From NCBI GenBank assembly GCA_965223795.1, contig CBDCXL010000002.1, forward strand, positions 1,408,001 to 1,472,000: a DNA stretch of 64,000 nt, read 5' to 3'. The notes beneath the pieces are model-generated. The model was not told the DNA's origin and made no database searches. It was given only the letters and a program-made list of their open reading frames with translations. The translations under genes and the position numbers were made by a program. Origin of the DNA: Nitrospinales bacterium. GTDB lineage: Bacteria > Nitrospinota > Nitrospinia > Nitrospinales > VA-1. Below, piece after piece: positions 59,889 to 64,000 of this stretch. Each line of letters opens with the position of its first letter. Position 1 is the first letter of the stretch.

Positions 59889-59954
59889 GCCTTCCTCCCA
59901 CAGAAATCACCTGAGTTGCGGTTGCGTGTTCGCCGCAAACCGGGTGATGGTTTT

Positions 59955-60257
59955 TCATTCTTCCGCCAGTTCTTCCGCCAGTTCGGCGATCAGCTTGAGG
60001 GCTCCGAGAACCCGCAGCCTGTCGTTGTCCTCACAATCGGCAAGCCAGTCTCCGTAGCCGTTTTCCGCAAGCACGGTTTTGGAGGGCCGTCCGTCTTCTC
60101 CCACTCCCGATAGATTTTCAAGGCAAACGATTTCCGCTTTCGCCTGCGCGGCGATGCTTTCGAAATCATCGCCCGTCCGGATGCGCTTGAGGGTCTGCGT
60201 GTCTACGGGCAACTGCCGGGACAGCTCGGCCAGGATGGGATGCGCGTTGTCGTTCAT
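59955..60257 (-). CDS. Small acidic hypothetical protein
   Basis: 100-aa ORF in the co-oriented gene string. Confidence 0.7.
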   Translation of the reverse strand: MNDNAHPILAELSRQLPVDTQTLKRIRTGDDFESIAAQAKAEIVCLENLSGVGEDGRPSKTVLAENGYGDWLADCEDNDRLRVLGALKLIAELAEELAEE

Positions 60258-60272
60258 GAGAGTCCCGTGTTT

Positions 60273-61550
60273 TCAAGTCAAGCGTTGCCGGAGTTCCTGG
60301 ATGCGGCGTTTCCAGGACTCGGCCCATTCTGCCGTGATGGCGCTGAAAATGGAATCGGCGCGGTCGAGATGCTGCTTCGCCTCCTCACCGCCGCCAAGCT
60401 GAATGCAGGTCTCCGCCAGATCGACGGCGACGCGCGCTTCTTCGCGCCGGTTTTCCAGATACTGCGCGACGCTCAAGGCGCGGTTCAGACATTCTTTCGC
60501 GGATTCGGGGTCCTGCCGCTTTTGGTGGTTCAAAGCGATGCCCACGAGCAGCTCCAGCTCCTTCTCATGATTTTCAAGCTCGCGGTACACGGCAAGCGCC
60601 TGGGAGTAATGTTCGATGGCAGGTGCGATTTGTCCGCGTTTGACGCAGACGAAACCCAGGCCGTTGTGGGCGCTGCCGATAAACTCACGCAATCCTTTTG
60701 AGTCCGCCAGCACGAGTTGTTCTTCGTAATAGCCCGCGGCGCGGTCGATGTCCCCCGACACGGCGTGGGCGTCTCCCAGGTTCGCCAACAGGGCGCAGAT
60801 TTCTGCGGCGCTTCCGGAATCGCGGACGAGTTTCAACTCTTCCTCAAAATAATGAATGGCCCAGCGCGTCTGCCCCAGCTGCGTGTAGGCGATTGCCAGC
60901 GCGGACAGGGCTTTCTGCTCGCCAGCGCGGTCGCAGCGGCGGCGGGCTTCCTTGAGATTGAATTTTTCGGAGTCGAGCGTGCGGCGCAATTCGGATGCGG
61001 GCGTGGTTTTGGGATCCCATTTTTTCGTGCGCGGCGGTTCATTCTTTGCGGGTAGCGCCTTTTGAACCGGTTGGGCCTGGGCCAGTTTCTGTTCGATCTC
61101 TTTTTTCAATTCCCATTCTTTCTGCAGTTCTTCGAACAGCAGATGCAGGTCGTCGTACCAGTGCGCGTTGCGCATCCGGTGTGCGCTGCTGTCGTGCAGC
61201 AGCTTCAAGGCTCCGGGCAGGCCTTTCTTTTCCGGCAGGAGGGTCTCATCGACCAGAAGGGGGACGATCAGGACATCGAGATTGAGCGCCGTCACCAGTT
61301 CGATTCGAATGCGGTCGAGCGATAACGGTTCATCAAAAGTCAGGCCGCAGCGCCCGGATGGGCCGTTTCCGATCACGACGATCAGCGCATCGCAGCTTGC
61401 AAGGGTTTCACGGATGCTTTTTTCCGAGGCCTGCGCGTTTTCGTCCTGCACGACGCACTCCGCCTGCCAGAGCGTCTCGCACTCTGCCGCCACTTTCTCG
61501 GTGAGGGCCTGGGAAGTGGCCACACACACGCTGAAATACAATTTCGGCAT
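60273..61550 (-). CDS. TIR-like domain fused to C-terminal TPR repeats
   Basis: CDALIVVIG...DRIRIELVTAL...IVPLLV..LP..LP..L; TPRs (LANLGDAH, HNGLGFV). Confidence 0.75.
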   Translation of the reverse strand: MPKLYFSVCVATSQALTEKVAAECETLWQAECVVQDENAQASEKSIRETLASCDALIVVIGNGPSGRCGLTFDEPLSLDRIRIELVTALNLDVLIVPLLVDETLLPEKKGLPGALKLLHDSSAHRMRNAHWYDDLHLLFEELQKEWELKKEIEQKLAQAQPVQKALPAKNEPPRTKKWDPKTTPASELRRTLDSEKFNLKEARRRCDRAGEQKALSALAIAYTQLGQTRWAIHYFEEELKLVRDSGSAAEICALLANLGDAHAVSGDIDRAAGYYEEQLVLADSKGLREFIGSAHNGLGFVCVKRGQIAPAIEHYSQALAVYRELENHEKELELLVGIALNHQKRQDPESAKECLNRALSVAQYLENRREEARVAVDLAETCIQLGGGEEAKQHLDRADSIFSAITAEWAESWKRRIQELRQRLT

Positions 61551-61734
61551 CGGGCTTCTCCCGGTTCGCTGCGATGGGACCTTTCCCTCTCGACATTATA
61601 TAGAGAATCCCCGGCGTGGGAAATCGGCTTTACCTAGGCGGCGGCCGGCGCCGGCCCGACACGGTGTCCGGTCCGCCGCAGGAGGCGCGGGTGCGGGCGG
61701 CAAAAAAAGAACCGTGAACAATAGTTTCAATAGC

Positions 61735-62682
61735 TTACGAGCTTGCCACCGGCTGGGAACCCGGGGCCGCGTCTGCGGTTTTTTTGCGGGAGACGATGAA
61801 TTGATTGCGGATGTTGCCGAGGATCCGGCTCACAACCGGCTTGAACGGAAGTTTCTGAAACAGCCGGGCCGTTCCGCCGCCGGCGTGCGTGAGATAAAAC
61901 TGCATGGGCGCCACGTGGTTGCCGAACACCTTGAGGGACAGTTCCCGGTAGCGGCGGTTTTTCCAGTAGGACAATCCATCCTGGCAGTAGCGCTGGTTGA
62001 GATCGGCCACGTGGCGCCAGGACTTGCCGGTCTGATACCCGTTGCGGACGCCGAGCAGCGCCCACAACACCAGCCACCAGCGCGGGCAGGTGGGCCAGAA
62101 GTAATTGGCCAGCGGCACGTATATGTGCGGCTCGCTGGGCAGATACCATTTTCCCGGAAACACGTGCATCGCGTAGCCCCCCGGTTTCAGGACCCGGTGG
62201 ATCTCCCAAAAACACTGCATTTTGTTTTTCGCATGTTCCAGCACCGAGCTGCTGAACACCACGTCGAACTGTTCGTCTTCATAGGGCAGGCGGTAGGGCT
62301 GCATGAGAATGGTCTTGAATCGTGCATCCGGCACGGCGGGATTCTTGAGCCATTTCTGTTTCAGGTCGCAGCCGTACGCGTCGTAGCCCAGCTCCTGAAA
62401 CTGCCGCACCATTTCGCCGCTGCCGCAGCCGAAATCCAGGATTTTCACTTTGGAAGGGTCGTTGAACCCGCAGACGTCCCGCATGTAAGGATGGAAAATC
62501 GGATAGGTCTTGTGCTCCTCGGTTGTCAGTTTTCTCGCTTTCACGATTGTGAATTCCGGATGGCTTGCAACGTGGACCCCATGCTTCTCCTTGAATGTAG
62601 CTTCCCGGCTCAGGAATCCCAACTTTTTTTCTGGCTGTTTTTCACAATTGTCCGCAGGACGGGGAATATCAATGCGTCTCAT
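61735..62682 (-). CDS. Class I SAM-dependent methyltransferase
   Basis: ILDFGCGSG, LPYEDEQFDVV, SVLEH, RVLKPGG; true start probably downstream. Confidence 0.85.
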   Translation of the reverse strand: MRRIDIPRPADNCEKQPEKKLGFLSREATFKEKHGVHVASHPEFTIVKARKLTTEEHKTYPIFHPYMRDVCGFNDPSKVKILDFGCGSGEMVRQFQELGYDAYGCDLKQKWLKNPAVPDARFKTILMQPYRLPYEDEQFDVVFSSSVLEHAKNKMQCFWEIHRVLKPGGYAMHVFPGKWYLPSEPHIYVPLANYFWPTCPRWWLVLWALLGVRNGYQTGKSWRHVADLNQRYCQDGLSYWKNRRYRELSLKVFGNHVAPMQFYLTHAGGGTARLFQKLPFKPVVSRILGNIRNQFIVSRKKTADAAPGSQPVASS

Positions 62683-62891
62683 GCCCTACGGCCTGGACAC
62701 AGGCGCACGGCCGGATGAAGCGGATCTTGCAAAATGGCGCAGAAACCTTAAGGAGGTCTTTTTTTCTCAGGCGGCTTCGCCTCGGGCGGTTGTCACGCGG
62801 GTAGGTTCGGCTGGGCGGAACCGGACAACCTGGAACGGGGAAAATTGAGTATAATGGCTCGCTTCGCAGCTTGCCCACTAAGGAGATTGAG

Positions 62892-63317
62892 ATGAGCGAT
62901 CGGGAATACGCAGGATTCTGGATTCGGACGGGGGCGGCGCTGATCGACACGCTGGCGCTGCTGATCGTCATCGGCCCCATCGTCACCGCCATCTACGGCA
63001 AAGAGTACTGGTTCAGCGAAGCGCTGGCGCTGGGTTTCTGGGACGTGCTGCTGAATTATGTTTTTCCCGCCATCGTGATCCTGCTTTTCTGGACCTACCG
63101 TTCCGCCACGCCGGGAAAACTGCTGACCCGGCTCACCATTGTCGACGCCGAGTCGGGAGAAAAACCCACCACCGGGCAGTTCATCCTGCGTTACCTCGGC
63201 TACTACGTCTCCATCCTGCCGCTGTTTCTGGGAATCATCTGGGTGGGCATCGACAAGCGAAAGCAGGGCTTCCACGACAAGCTCGCCGGCACCCTCGTCC
63301 TGCGCGAGCGGCCCTGA
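62892..63317 (+). CDS. RDD family membrane protein
   Basis: YAGFWIR..A.LID, TPGK, QGFHDKLAGT. Confidence 0.92.
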   Translation: MSDREYAGFWIRTGAALIDTLALLIVIGPIVTAIYGKEYWFSEALALGFWDVLLNYVFPAIVILLFWTYRSATPGKLLTRLTIVDAESGEKPTTGQFILRYLGYYVSILPLFLGIIWVGIDKRKQGFHDKLAGTLVLRERP

Positions 63318-63410
63318 CACGCCGGGCTGCCGCGGCGTTGTGCGCGTTGCCCCGCGCGCCCAGGGGAAAAGCCAACGAACCGCTTTGCAATCAATCGCCT
63401 GCGTGATTTT

Positions 63411-63695
63411 TCAAGCCAGGGTCAGGCCATTGAGGCTGCGCTGCAGCCCGGCGAGACTGCTGGAGTGGCTGCGCTCGATGGGAATGCCGTATTTCCGCGA
63501 AGCCCGCACCACTTCCCGGACCAGGCTGTGGGAAACCGTATCGGTGAACAGCACGATGCCCTGGAATCCATTGAGGCGCTGGGCCAGATTGGGCACCCGC
63601 TGACTGAAGATCTTTAATTTCAAGCCCCGCTTTTTGCCCTTCTGGGTGTACAAAGGCTTCAACCGGTCCAACCCTCCGATGACAGCAACGCTCAT
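63411..63695 (-). CDS. DUF2325 family protein
   Basis: MSVAVIGG, VLFTDTVSH, HSSS. Confidence 0.82.
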   Translation of the reverse strand: MSVAVIGGLDRLKPLYTQKGKKRGLKLKIFSQRVPNLAQRLNGFQGIVLFTDTVSHSLVREVVRASRKYGIPIERSHSSSLAGLQRSLNGLTLA

Positions 63696-63712
63696 GACGC
63701 CCCCTATTAAAT

Positions 63713-63731
63713 AATAATGAGAATCATTATC
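63713..63731. promoter_or_regulatory. Fur box
   Basis: AATAATGAGAATCATTATC, 17/19 match to consensus, directly upstream of the DUF2325 RBS. Confidence 0.85.
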
Positions 63732-64000
63732 ATAATAGACGAAGCCGCACAGAGGGTCAACCCGTTTTTTTTAACTGGCTGAAAATTAATGCCTTATATC
63801 TAACTACCAGCAAGTGTGGAACGTTTAGGCGGGATTCGGGCAGGGGTGCATGGCCGTTCGCTCACCAGGACGGGGCCTTCGGCCCCTCCTGCGGGTTCAC
63901 TGGCCCGCGCGGGAAAAGGGGCTCATGAGAACGATATTATTAAGGAAAGCCAACCGGGAGCGGGTATTCCTGGAAAAGCCGGGTCAGGGGATGTTGTATT

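Noticed and set aside
63925..64000. Possible CDS start MRTILLRKANRERVF
   Set aside because: Truncated at the window edge and too short to support a call.

Overview
GC-rich bacterial chromosomal window that is mostly core and accessory metabolism. The gene style suggests Nitrospina/Nitrospinota, but this is an unverified impression. It contains a multicopper oxidase with a C-terminal beta-barrel-like domain, a frameshifted 5' end and a CutF/CruR-like upstream leader ORF; uvrC; an amino-acid ABC transporter; Pth2; an NSS transporter; purM; a glutamate dehydrogenase; an ~11.5 kb phosphorelay/c-di-GMP cluster; a Rieske-fused glutamate-synthase-like flavoprotein; an FG-GAP lipoprotein; a Fur-boxed CxxCH porin; several methyltransferases; a TetR locus with two visible operators; a CbiX chelatase divergent from a CarH-like B12-binding MerR regulator; rtcB; aas; and a TIR-TPR-led gene string ending in an interrupted lipase. 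I found no rRNA, tRNA, CRISPR array or transposase. The most unusual non-coding signals are a structured element carrying a 15-nt match to the 16S rRNA 3' tail (39488-39646), a 130-bp MITE-like element (8102-8231), a uORF that duplicates the N-terminus of the downstream transporter (8775-8864) and a long nested hairpin (50047-50146). All calls come from reading motifs by eye, with no database search.
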